Positions 12,222-23,819 are shown, counted from the first letter of the stretch. The stretch: 64,000 nucleotides of DNA from Felis catus (GCF_018350175.1 NC_058383.1:30134001-30198000); one strand, 5' to 3'. Numbers and translations: made by a program. Notes: generated by a model not told the origin, from the sequence alone.

Positions 12222-12639
12222 GATATTCAGGTTTTTAAAAATCAGTGTTGGTAATCTGTGGGTTTCTAGGAACTTGTCCATTTCATCTAGATTTTCTCAT
12301 TTGTTGACATATCGTTCATAATATTTTCTCACAGTTCTTAGTATTTTTATGAGACTGGTAGTAATGACTCCACTTTCATTCCTGATTGTATTAGTAATTT
12401 GATTCCTCCCTTTTTTCTTAGCCAGTCTAACTAAGGGTTTTTCACTTTTTATATTTTCAAAGAACCGAAGTTTGGTAGTTTCATTGGTTTTCCTACATAT
12501 TTTCCTTTTTTCAATTTCATTAACTGCTTTTCTAATCTTTATTGTTTCCTTCTATTTGCTTTGGGTTTAGTTTGCTCTTCTTTTCCTAGTTTGTTAATTT
12601 AGAAGACCAAGTTGTTGACTTGAGATCTTTCTGATTCTA

Positions 12640-13890
12640 TCGTCATCAGCAAGGTTTGTTGTTGTTTGCTGTGGTTGATGTTGCTAATGCTCCTCCTGCT
12701 GCTGTTGACTTTCCTGAGATATTTTTTAAAAAAATTTTAAATGTTTATTTATTTTTGAGAGAACATGAGTACAGAATGCAAGTGGGGGAGGGGCAGAGAG
12801 AGAGAGAGACAGACATAGAATCTGCAGCAGTTTCCAGGCTCCTAGCCGTCAACACAGAGCCCAACGCAGGGCTCAAGCTCATGAACCATGAGATCTTGAC
12901 CTGAGCTGAAGTCAGATACTTAACCAACTGAGCCATCTGGGCGCCCCATCCTGAATTTTTTTTTTTTAATCTGTATTGTTTGTTATGTGTGGACATTGAA
13001 GTTTCTGCTTGCTTAGCTCAGCTAAGGTTTGAATAGACATTTCCTTATTCTTGGATCAGTAAGTCACCAGGCTTTTGCCCAGTGTCTCTTTGTGTATGTT
13101 AAGGAACCCCTTCAGTGCTCAGACAGGCAGTTTACAACTCTTTCTTAGCTTTCACCTCTTACTTGTACAAAGCCCAAGGTCAGCCAGCAGTGAGAATTTA
13201 GGGTCTTGTCAATTCTTTCCTGAGTATGTTCACAGCCCAGTCTTGTGCATCTGTATAGACTTTCAAATTCTCAGAAACATGTCAGAGATTTTCAGAATCC
13301 TCAATGGACATCTCATTTTTCACCTTTTCCTTTTAAGGTTTTTTGTCAGCTTGCAAAAATTTGCTCAGATTTATTGCTGCCTCAGGCAGCTGCTATGTTA
13401 AACAACTGTCGCTGATTGTTTTTGACAAATGCCTTCACGGAAGAGGCTGTTCACAAGAGAAGGCTCTGAGGTCAAGTAAATACAAGCCTTGTTAGTGTGT
13501 GTGTTTCCTGGGAAATGTCAGACGAGTCAGTAATGATAATTAACTGAGAATGGTGCTTTTGGAGAGCTCCAACTCACTTCCAGTGGCTTCCCTTCCAGTG
13601 GATTCTAGGCTGCTGGCTTTCATTATGGTGGCAGATTCTTGGTTTTCAACACTACTCTGGAGCTGAGGATAGGGGTTGAATGAAGCCAATTAAAATGCCA
13701 CAAAGTTTGCTCTTCTTACCAATATTTAGCTAGTTTTCTTGAATAAGTGCTCCTTAGATTCTTGCAAGGTTTTGGGTAATTTCTAGGGTTCTGAAAAAGT
13801 TGACTTTTGACAATTCTTATCACTGCTGCTTAAATGGAAAAGTAGATTTTGGGAGGTCTTTATGGTGCCACTCTCACTAATGTCCCTCTG
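12640..13890 (-). mobile_element. Old L1M 5'-end/UTR-type sequence (L1MC/MD-like)
   Basis: ggcagtttacaactctttcttagctttcacctc...caaggtcagccagcagtgagaatttagggtc resembles recalled L1M 5' end consensus. Confidence 0.6.
12722..12947 (-). mobile_element. CanSINE
   Basis: Full body; flanks tcctgagatatttt / tcctgaattttt. Confidence 0.93.
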
Positions 13891-13949
13891 TTGGAAGTTA
13901 AATCTGAGGCTACATGTTTTACTTTTATAATATTTTTAAAAATATCTCT

Positions 13950-14075
13950 GTCATTCAACTGAAGGTTCCACAAGAGCAGTAATTTAATTTGTCTTATATA
14001 CCATGATATCCCTTTACCTAGTACAATGCACTGTTGCAAGTACTTACTTACTACATATTTGATGAGTCAAGGAAG
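13950..14075 (+). mobile_element. L2 3' end fragment
   Basis: actgaaggttccacaagagcag...cctagtacaatgcac...catatttgatgag. Confidence 0.5.
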
Positions 14076-14157
14076 AAATTAATATGTTCCATAACCAACC
14101 AAGAGTTAAACCCAATGGAAATTTTCAGCTAATCAGCTATCTTACACAGATCTTATT

Positions 14158-14332
14158 GCTGTATTTTCCCTATTCTAAACTGCCATAAATTGTTAAATGC
14201 ATCATCAGTTCAGAAACCAAGGAGGAGAAAATGAACATTTAACGTCTAAATCAATCGTATGTCACATTCTAATTTGAGAAATGTTTTAAAAATGTGAAAA
14301 CAGTGTGTGCCTTAAATTTGGAAGTGTGGCAG
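14158..14332. mobile_element. TcMar/Tigger-like MITE relic
   Basis: ctgtattttccctattctaa at the left end and aaatgtgaaaacagtgtgtgccttaaatttggaag at the right resemble degenerate TIRs. Confidence 0.35.
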
Positions 14333-14717
14333 TACTCCTGTGGCAGAAAACCCAGAGCTAGTGCACTAAGTTAAAAACACGCAGATGATGACCTGGTTAA
14401 TGAGGAGGCACACACAGGGGGTCAGCAGGTAGCTACGTAGGCCTCTGGGCTCCCACTTTGGAGAATGGAAAAGTTCGGCCACTTTGACTGAAGGCAGAGT
14501 TTCAGTACACTCACACAAAGGAATTAATGTCATGAGATTTATTACTTAGAGATCTTAGATTTGGGCACAAGGAACTTGGAAAAGGGCAGTCCTCCACCCC
14601 AGGTCATGAAGGTGAGCATGAGACAGACAGCGGGTACTATGCACCTGTTAGTTATAAAGATGGTGGGGGCAGAGTTCACTAACTTTTGGGGGGCTCAATT
14701 CTAAGTGGTTATTTTAA

Positions 14718-14958
14718 TTTTTCTATGTTTATTTATTCATTTATTTTGAGAGAGAGTGAGACAGACAGAGAGAGAGTGACAGACAGAGAGAGAGTGAGCA
14801 CAAGTGGGGGAGGGGCAGAGAGAAAGAGAGAATCCCAAGCAGGCTCTGCACCATCAGCATGTAGCCCGATGCGGGGCTTGAACTCAAAAACCATGAGATC
14901 ATGACCTGAGTGGAGATCTAGAGTCAGACGCTTAACCAACTGAGCCACCCAGGTGCCT
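14718..14958 (-). mobile_element. CanSINE
   Basis: Full body; TSD ctaagtggttattttaa / ctaagtgtttattttaa. Confidence 0.95.
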
Positions 14959-15883
14959 CTAAGTGTTTATTTTAAAAGATTCCCAAGGAAAAGCAAGGTA
15001 GGAACAGGTGGTGGAAATTCTAAGCTCAGGTTCTCATCTAAATGTCCAGACTCTGGGTGTGAGCAGGGTTGGCATTCTGTAAAATGCCTGGGAAGCAACT
15101 CAAAAATGCGGTTTTCTCATAAAAACTCCCTATAAAAAAGGAAACTGAGGCTCAGAGGTCTGTAGCAATCTTCCTAAGATCACATTACCAGCATGCAGCA
15201 GTCAGATGTTAACCACGATGTGATTCCAAACATGGCATCATTAGCCATGAATCTATGGAGGCAGAAGTACCGGGTGTAGCCAGGCACATCAACTCTAGAG
15301 TCAGAAAAACTTCGCCATCTTTGGGCGCCTTTAGTGAATGCTAAGAACTGGGGTAAATGGCTGACCAGAACCTTCAGAAGAGAATTTCTACAGGCCCCAC
15401 TGTCCCAAATCTCAGCAATGTAGCCCTCATTCCTGCCACCAAGATGGTGCTTTTTATACCTGGGTATGGTAGAGGAATTATGTCGGGACATTCAGTAGCC
15501 CCTTTGCCATATTTGCTAGGAGGAAGCTACACCACCTGACTCTATCTCAGAGTGAATATAAGCCCCATGAGGTCTTGTCTGTCTTGACTAGCCTTATTGT
15601 CCCATGATCTAGCCCAAGGCTCAGCACTCAGCTATTTGTTGAATGAATGAAATATATTGGGTTTCAGAACTCTGAGGTTTCCCTAAGCCTTCTTTAGCTC
15701 AGAGTTTCCTACACACCTGGAGACTTTCAAAAGCTGACTGAGTGATTCAAAATCCCAGAAGTCCACAAAAGGAAGGTAGGACCATGATACCTACTGCCCC
15801 CCCCCCCCAGCTCTGCTCCCTAAGGACAAACCCTTCAGCAGTGGCAATATAGCAAACCACATTTCAGGTATGTATATACTTTC

Positions 15884-16060
15884 CTTAAAAATTGAATTAT
15901 AGTTGACACACAATGTTACACTAGTTCCAGGTGTACAACATAGTGACTTGACAAGTCTGTAGGTTATGCTCTGCTCACCACAAGTATAGCTACCATCCAT
16001 CACCATACAATGCCATTACAATACCATTGACTATATTCCCTCTGCTGTGCCTTTTATCCC
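15884..16060 (-). mobile_element. Short 5'-truncated carnivore L1 3' end
   Basis: tagttgacacacaatgttacactagttccaggtgtacaacatagtga...caataccattgactatattccc. Confidence 0.8.
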
Positions 16061-16308
16061 TATTATATAGTCTTTGGTTCTGTACATCTCTTCACCAAGC
16101 TCATAGTAGGTTCTCAGTATATATACATATATACATCAATTCAATCAGTTGAACTCACTGATGCAAAAATGAACGTCACATAAGGAGCAGATCTTCTATC
16201 ATGAAGGAACATCAATGCTCTCACTCCCTTTTATCTCTAACTTCGTCAGAAGTGTTTCAACCATGGGTGTTCCCTTGTCATTGACCATTCAGAGCTGGGA
16301 GGTGTCTG

Positions 16309-16655
16309 GCAGTGGTCCTCAGCCTTGGCTCCCACAGTGGAATCACTCAGGGGACTCCACCCCACACCCAATGAGTCACCACTTCCCCAGGTGATTCTCT
16401 TAAAATTTTTTTTTAGTGTTTTCATTTATTTTTGAGAGAGAGAGACAGAGAGACAGAGTGTAATCAGAGAGAGAGGGAGACACAGAATCCAAAGCAGGCT
16501 CCCGGCTTCGAGCTGGCAGCACAGAGCCCGATGTCAGGCTCAAACTCACAAACCATAAGATCGTGACCTGAGCCAAAGTCAGGCGCTTAACGGACTGAGC
16601 CACCCAGGCAAACTGCAGGTTATTCTGATGCACAGCCAGGGTTGCGAATCATGAA
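16309..16655. mobile_element. MER5-family relic split by a CanSINE
   Basis: cagtggtcctcagccttggct...gaatcac, then caggttattctgatgcacagccagggttgcgaatc. Confidence 0.65.
16400..16609 (-). mobile_element. CanSINE
   Basis: Full body; TSD caggtgattct / caggttattct. Confidence 0.94.
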
Positions 16656-16845
16656 GTTGAGAGATTACCTCACCTGGAGGGTCTCGAATTTCAGATTCAT
16701 TGACTTCAACTTGCTTTTAGAGAATCCAGATTCCAAGAATCCATCCCCAAACCCCTCAGAATCTGTGGAGATGAGCAGAGGCATTTGCAAGTTCTCAAGT
16801 TGCCTGCCCAAGTTGAGAGCCAAGGGTCTGGCTTTATCTTTTCCT

Positions 16846-16887
16846 CATACACAGGAGGATACAGCCACCATACACAGGAGGATACAG
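16846..16887. repeat. Direct repeat, 19-bp core, period 23
   Basis: catacacaggaggatacag at 16846-16864 and 16869-16887. Confidence 0.9.
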
Positions 16888-16989
16888 AAGAAAATGACTT
16901 TTCCAGGTCTGTCTCTCTCAGGCTTCAGACACAGAATCAATGTTTACTAACTGAATAGTTGTTGACTAGCTTTTTCACTTTATTTGTTA

Positions 16990-17362
16990 AGAGAGGCAGT
17001 ATGTCCTTGTGGTTAAATTAAGAGGCTCTGCAGCCAGACTTCCTTGGTTCAACTCTGCCACATACTAGCTCTGTCACTTTGGGCACAAGTTACCTAAAAT
17101 TCCTGCCCCCATTTTCTCATCTGTGTCATGGGAGTTCAAAGAGAACCTGCCTCATAGGGTTGTAAGGGTCAAGTGGAGTTAATAAGGTAGTGAGTTGCTA
17201 GAATCAGCAAAGAAACTCACAGAATGTATCTTGACCCAGTGTTATGTGGAATTCAAGTTTAACTGAGTGTCCTGTATTTTCATTTGCTAAATCTGGCAAC
17301 CCTCTCACTTAAACACCTAGAAGAGTGCCCAGCCGGTACTAATAAATGTTTGCTGTTATTAT
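16990..17362 (+). mobile_element. MIR interrupted by MER53
   Basis: gtggttaa...gcagccagacttccttggttcaa...ttttctcatctgt...cctgcctcatagggttgt; tail aataaatgtttgctgttattatt. Confidence 0.8.
17190..17303. mobile_element. MER53 hAT relic
   Basis: aattcaagtttaactgagtgtcctgtattttcatttgctaaatctggcaaccct terminus. Confidence 0.75.
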
Positions 17363-17740
17363 TTTTTGATTTTTATTATTGGCCCCACTCCACTCCAAGC
17401 CTCTCAGAATAAAGAGCCCTTCAGTCCCTTATTAATTTGGCTTCCAGTAATGTTAATGCATGACCATTCACACAGAGGGTAGGTTAAAGCTTTTCATTAC
17501 TAAGCAAACACTCCCTCAAAAATAAAATAATTTCAGGTTAAAAACAAGATTATAGTGGGAATACTTAAAATAGTTAACTGAACGAGATGTTTTTCTGAAA
17601 TTTCACAAGCTTGAGAAGCTTTCATTTCCACAAAATTAGGGTAATTATAAATTATGTTGTGCTTGAAAGAAGGTCCACTCAGTAGCACCTTCTCATGCCA
17701 GTTCAGGTTACCAGGATCGCTTCTGGGAAATAAATCCTTA

Positions 17741-17953
17741 TTTTTTTTTTTTTAACATTTATTTATTTATTTTTGACACAGAAAGCACACAAGCAGGGGA
17801 GGGGCAGAGAGAGAGGGAGACACAGAATCGGAAACAGGCTCCAGGCTTCAAGCTTCCAGCACAGAGCCTGATGTGGGGCTTGAACTAATGACTGTGAGAT
17901 CATCACCTGAGCCAAAGTTGGACGCTTAACTGACTAAGCTACCCAGGTGCCCC
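17741..17953 (-). mobile_element. CanSINE (tandem pair, left)
   Basis: Full body ending acccaggtgcccc. Confidence 0.95.
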
Positions 17954-18164
17954 TTTTTAACTTTTTTTGTATTTATTTTTGAGAGAGAGAGAGAGACAGC
18001 ACAAGCAGGGGAGGGGAAGAGAGAGAGGGAGACAGAATCTGAAGCAGACTCCAGGTTCTGAGCTGTCAGCACAGACCCTGACATGGGGCTCGAACTCATG
18101 AACCGTGAGATCATGACCTGAGCCGAAGTTGGACGCTCAACTGACTGAACCGCACAGGCGCTCC
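17954..18164 (-). mobile_element. CanSINE (tandem pair, right)
   Basis: Full body; the pair is flanked by gaaataaatccttatt / gaaataaacccttatt. Confidence 0.95.
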
Positions 18165-18524
18165 AGAAATAAACCCTTATTAATAGAACTTCTATATTGC
18201 TTTCAAGATGGTGTCAGAAAATTAGCATTCAGATCCTGGATCTACTACTAATTAGCCATGTATTTGGGGGCCATGGTACTTTGTGTTTCAGAATGTTGGT
18301 GTCCTCATTTTGAAAACAGGGCCACGGTATTACATGGTCCCAGATTCCTTTAACGACTGTTGACTCTAGTCTCCATTTCCTGCTGGGATCCATGTCTGAG
18401 CAGAAAAGGCAACCGGCAGGTCTGGGAAAGCAATGTGTATGTGCAGACACAAGCTGCATGGTTGTTACCAGCCCAAGACTATAACAGACAGAATCCATGG
18501 TTTGGGAACCCGGGAGCACACATT

Positions 18525-18680
18525 ATAGCCCAAGGCTCTCAATCTAGGCTGCATGTTGGAATCAACTGGGGAATGTTCAATGAAATGTCCATACAGATCT
18601 CCATTCCCAGAAATACTGAGAGAGGAGTCAGGCACACCTAAGCTGCCTCCATGTTGCTAGTATGTAGCTGGAGCTGAGAG
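18525..18680. mobile_element. MER5B-like relic
   Basis: ggctctcaatctaggctgcatgttggaatcaactggggaa...gctggagctgagagccactg. Confidence 0.6.
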
Positions 18681-19169
18681 CCACTGGCCTACCTGGACCT
18701 TGTGAGCTCAACTTTTGTCCTCTCATGTCCCTCTCAAATTCACCCCAATCCTCCAAGATGGGGTTCACAAGATCATGTGGCACACTGCTCCCAGCTCTGC
18801 TAATTACCATGCACTTTGCATGAAGAGGGAGCCCCACACGGGGTCAGCCCAGAAATGGTAGCAGCATGGTTGACTCTTGGTGGCACCCTCTCTCTCTCTT
18901 GGCTGAACACCCTGTTTTTGGCTCATCTCACTCTTGAGGTCATGAGAAGGTTAAGTCCCTGCAGCCTCCCCACACAGTATCTTATAAATCTCACTGTCCA
19001 GGATATGTTGTCCTCAACCCACCAGTTTAGCACTTTTCATGCCTTTGATGAGGAGGAAATATTTTGAATATATGAAGAAGACGTTAATTTCATCAGCCAG
19101 CCAGCAACCAGTGCTCTCTTCCAGAGTGAACACATAAGCCTTTGTTCAGACTTTCCGGGAGTAGAGATG

Positions 19170-19220
19170 CAAAAAAAAAAACAAAAACAAAAACAAAAAC
19201 AAAAAACAAAAACCCAAAAA
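19170..19220. repeat. A-rich (AAAAAC)n repeat
   Basis: Read directly. Confidence 0.9.
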
Positions 19221-19997
19221 CCCTGGATGCTGTTCCGCCAACTTTGTCCCCTCCTCTGTTCAGACATCCCTTCAGGTCCTCCCTAACCTTGTGCCCTTTA
19301 TTTTCTCCCAGGTGTCCCCATTCCTCTAAAATTCGTGAGCACCGCTCTTATCCAGGAGAGAGTCTTTTTATGTAAGTGAGCCTTAATAGTCAACTTGGGA
19401 TATTGTTTTGTATGTTTTTAAAGCTACACATGAATGAAGTCACTCCTGAACGCTATTCCGCAGCTTACTTTTTTCATTTGGCGTTTTGTGCGAGATTTAT
19501 CTGAATTCAGCTTACTTGTTTTAACAGATGTCTAATGCTCCATTATGTTAATATCTACCACTTTATTTATCCATTCTGGTCTATTTTCTTTCTACCAACA
19601 TGACATTTAGAATCTATCTAAACATGCATATTCACGTGAAAGAGTGTCCTTTCTCCCAGGAAAAATGTGTAATTATACACCCAAATGTGTGTGTGTTCAT
19701 TTACACATTGCGCGCTTATCCCACTGCAATCATATGCTCAAGATCTCTCATGCTTAATTTCTTTCTTAATTTTAAGTAAAAAGGAACATTATTAGAAGTT
19801 CTAACATTTCTTCCCATATCTCAGTGGGATTTTTTCCACATGCATCTTGCTTTGGAGGCTAGTGCTCCAATCAAATGTATTTTCTGCGTTTATTAGTTAA
19901 CATCTTCCCATCTTCCAACGTGAAAGAATTCACTTCTGATCAATACAACTCATCATTATTGCACCAGCCATGTTTGTCTTTTAAAAGTGTTCCCCTA

Positions 19998-20305
19998 GGG
20001 GTGCCTGGGTGGCTCAGGTAAGCATCCCACTCCAACACAGGTCATGTCTCACAGCCCGCATTGGGCTCCGATTAAAATGTTTTTATCGGTGGGTGCCTGG
20101 GTGGCTCAGTTGGTTGAGCATCCGACTTCAGCTCAGGTCATGATCTCATAGTCCGTGAGTTTGAGCCCCATGTCAGGCTCTGTGCTGACACCTCAGAGCC
20201 TGGAGCCTGCTTCGGATTCTGTGTCTCCCTCTCTCTCTGCCCCTCCCCTGCTCATGCTCTGTCTCTCCCTCTCCTTCAAAAACAAATGAACGTTAAAAAA
20301 TATTT
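19998..20305 (+). mobile_element. Deleted CanSINE fragment (19998-20070) followed by a full CanSINE (20091-20305)
   Basis: Two gggtgcctgggtggctcag heads; flanks aaagtgttcccct / aaagtgttctctc. Confidence 0.9.
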
Positions 20306-20415
20306 AAAGTGTTCTCTCACTGTTAAAACAAGCTTGCACTGCATTACACACACTCTCTCCTCCTCCACACTACCTCCCCCTCCACCATCAAGCTGTAAAA
20401 CCTGTACAGTCCAGT

Positions 20416-20615
20416 GGCCCCTGGGTGGCTCAGTCGGTCAAGCGTCCGACTCTTGATTTCAGCTCAGGTCATGATCTCCCGGTTCGTGAGATAGATCCCC
20501 ACATCAGGATCCGTGCTGACAGTGCAAGCCTGCTTGGGATTTTCTCTCTCCCTCTCTCTGCCCCTTCCCCACTTGCTCTCTCTCAAAATAAATAAATGTT
20601 AAAAAAAGAAAACAA
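20416..20615 (+). mobile_element. CanSINE
   Basis: Body plus tail; TSD tgtacagtccagt on both sides. Confidence 0.94.
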
Positions 20616-21168
20616 AATTGTACAGTCCAGTCAGGTTCCAAGTTTGTATTAATTTCTGTTGATAGCTGGAAGTCATGTTCCTTCCACTTAGCACATTTCC
20701 ATACACATGGGTGCAACTAATAGAGTGTGAGGCTGGTTGGTCCGTGGTAACTCCTTGGATACCAGTTACAAGAAAGAGCCTACTTACACTCCCCAAATTC
20801 CTTGAAATCCCCCTCTTCCCACCTCACTATGTCAGAAACTACCTCTGGCTCCCCAAGGGCTGGAAAAGTGGTTGCAAAACGATTCCCACGATTCCACCTA
20901 CCAGCGCCCACTGCTCAGATCTGGCTGATTAGAAATGCCTTTGCAGGTGATCTCAGTCTAGTTTTAAGGACATGTTGATTGACTTGGTTGATTAATCACT
21001 CGAAGCACAGTAGGGAATTGCCAGTCTGTGAGGTGTTTTTTTTGGAGGTTTTTCTGAATTACAGATGATTGCAGCCCTGACAATATGGATTTGGATTGTA
21101 ACAAGGGGGCTAATGGTCCGGAAGACTGTGGTATACCCAGGGATAAGTAAGGGTTTATTAGCAGATTG

Positions 21169-21234
21169 GTGTGTGTGTGTGTGTGTGTGTGTACGTGTGT
21201 GTGTGTGTGTGTGCGCGCGCGCGCGTGCGCATGC
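21169..21234. repeat. (GT)n(GC)n microsatellite, 66 bp of alternating purine-pyrimidine
   Basis: Read directly. Confidence 0.97.
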
Positions 21235-21374
21235 TCATGCACCCCTTTAGGGAGGGATCTTCATTTTCTCGGCTCACTCGGCTAGATGTTCATCTTATTT
21301 TAGGATCGGAGGCCATATTTCCATTCCAAATGATGTAAAATTCAATAGAAGCTGAATCGTGGATCAACAGAAAC

Positions 21375-21560
21375 AAGGTTCAAATTCTCAGTGACCCGCT
21401 TAAGAACAAGGAGAATTTGAACATTGGCTTAATTTCTCTGTGTCTTGGCTTCCCGTTCTGAAAAATGGGGACAAGGATATTTTCCTCTTATCATCTTTTG
21501 CGGATTAAATGGGATAATGTGAAATGCCTGGCACAGTATAAGAGCTTAATAAATGGTACC
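21375..21560 (+). mobile_element. MIR
   Basis: cttaatttctctgtgtcttggcttcccgttctgaaaaatgggga...ggattaaatgggataatgtg...gcctggcacagta. Confidence 0.75.
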
Positions 21561-21904
21561 CATGGGTGGTATCTTCCCTCTCTCTGCTTTATGTATCCGG
21601 TTTGCCTGAATTCAGACCTCAGCATGACTGTATGCCATGGAGTAAATGCTACAGGGTGCCTGGCATTCAATAAGCATTCGGCACATGGTGGTTGCAAAAA
21701 GTGTGATCTCTGAGTGGTTGTTGGCACTTACTGTTGGACATTTATTTAGATGTTCACCCTGGTAGGTGCTTTAATTCTTTGAGTTTAAATTTTGTTGACT
21801 GGAACTCCTTGCTGTACTGGTTTGACAGATCATCCTTGAGGTTATTAAGGTCTCTGAGAGAGGAGAGTACTGGTTTACACATGTTGGCTCAGAGTTTTAC
21901 AAAC

Positions 21905-22270
21905 CTAGATCCTTGCGACTCAAAGTGTGGTCTGGAGACCAGCAAATTTGGCATCACCTCGGAGCTTGTTACAAATACAGAAGCTCAGCACCCCCAGAAC
22001 CTACTGAATCAGAACCTATAGGGGAGCCTGGGTGGCTCAGTTGGTTAGACATCTGACTCTTGATTTCAGCTCAGGTCATGATCTCATGGCTCATGGGGTC
22101 AGGCTCCGTGCTGACAGTGCCTGCTTGGGATTCTTTCTCTTCCTCTTTCTGCCCCTCCCCCACTTGCATTCTTTCTCTCTCTCTCTCAAAATAAATAAAC
22201 TTTTTAAAAAATCTGTATTTTAACAAGATCCTTAGGTGACTGGTATGGACAGTAAAGTTTGAAACATATT
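21905..22270. mobile_element. MER5A split by a CanSINE
   Basis: actcaaagtgtggtctggagaccagca...ggcatcacctcggagcttgtta...cctactgaatcagaa, then attttaacaagatcc...aaagtttga. Confidence 0.85.
22021..22211 (+). mobile_element. CanSINE
   Basis: ggggagcctgggtggctcagttggttag head, CT tract and tail. Confidence 0.93.
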
Positions 22271-23744
22271 TACCTAAATATTTATACTACATGAAAACAT
22301 GCCTCCTCTGTCCTTAGACAGACATGTCCTCTCCTTGTGCATGCTGTGTCTCCAGCAGGCACTACAGGAAAGTGCGTGGGCCAGACGCAGTGTTACATTA
22401 AAGCACTACCTGTTGAGTGATCTGCAGGCTCTTTCCAAACGACATGAGCCACTTAAACAAGATACTGGCTATTTTGTCAATAGGTGAGTAACTGATGGCA
22501 GTTTTGTTCACACATTTTTCACATGGCCTTGAATGATCCATAATTTTCTGGGCCCACTGCCAGATGAAATTACCCATGTTACACCGTGTGATAATACCAA
22601 AGTAGGGGCTCCGTGCATTTCAACAAGGCAATTTAGAAGACTTTGTTTTCTATGAGCTAGAACTTTCCTTGGGGGAGATTCCTTGCGGTTGTGATATCAT
22701 TTCACCGTTGTCCTCTATTTTTTCAGAGGTTCAAATGTACACGCCATCCATGAGGTTCCACAAGCAGATATAAACTTAGGAATCATTCTTGGCTCATTAC
22801 TATCTTCAATTCCCTCCTCATCACCATCTTAATTCTTTTCAGCACATACTTATGAAGTCCCAAGGTCCTTGGATGCTGCCATCCACATCTGTCCCCTACA
22901 TTGTCCTTTACCCTAAATTGTCCATTTCCTCATTCTTACTATGCAAGGACTAAACCCCTAATCCTGACATTGCCAGCAATGTGCTCTAATGAACATGATG
23001 CTCGAACCAAAGAAATGAACCAGATATGCATGCTTTCATTCTAACTGATACCTGCATTATTCAAAACATTGTCAATGTCCAGGGAAGGAGCGCATTCAGA
23101 GGGCACAATTCCTTACACATAGAGAATCAACCCTCTTCTAGAAGTTGATCAGAGAATAAGTGAAATATGAAATAATCTTCCAGGAGCCTCTTACCATTAT
23201 AATGTCTAATAAAAAATATTCCCTGGTGTTCATTATAATTGGGTATTGTCTGTGTAATATTGTCTATATGGTATATTGTCTGTTGAATAAAAATACTGAA
23301 TGGTGTTGATTATATTTGGGTGAAAAGAATCATCGTGCATATTCATCAAAAGACATAAATCACCCAAATTCTGCAAGTTGAGTAAATGCTAAGTGGGGAA
23401 ATGTCTCTTGTTGCTTGTTCTATATTTGTTTCTCTTTGTTTTCTCAGGGTGTCTCTTGTCTTTGTGTGATTCACTGTCTTCAGCAAAGAGACAATTGCTT
23501 TTCCCTCTTTGTTAGAACATGTCAACATCAGAGACTGGCCTCTGCCCCCTCCCCAGATTCTGGTCTGTTTCATATTTTTATTAAGGACCTAGTGGACACA
23601 GGTCTTCCAAAGGAAGCCGAAGCTAGTTCTAAAAGGCAGACTAAATCTGTCAGTGTGGTGCTAAGCCAACAGCAATAAAGATAAGGGACATGTCTACAGT
23701 GGAGTTTCTCAAACTGGGCAGATCACCAAAGATATGTGTGCATT

Positions 23745-23791
23745 TGGTTTGTTTTTGTTTTTGTTTGTTTGTTTGTTTGTTTGTTTGTTTG
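23745..23791. repeat. (GTTT)n microsatellite
   Basis: Read directly. Confidence 0.9.
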
Positions 23792-23819
23792 GTATAGATG
23801 TTTTAGCCCCACAGCCATC

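Larger units (their letters stand above)
10431..12630 (-). mobile_element. Decayed L1M ORF2 segment carrying four CanSINEs
   Basis: ctgattttttgcatattgatattatattctg, tgaaagtggcaaaagtggacatcctt and ataaatcccacttggttatggtg; homologous to the L1 at 1620-2900. Confidence 0.88.

Noticed and set aside
15797..15808. Long C/G homopolymers (also near 667, 9309, 30697, 31490, 44151, 52703, 54468)
   Set aside because: Ordinary slippage products with no shared context; lengths are assembly-sensitive.
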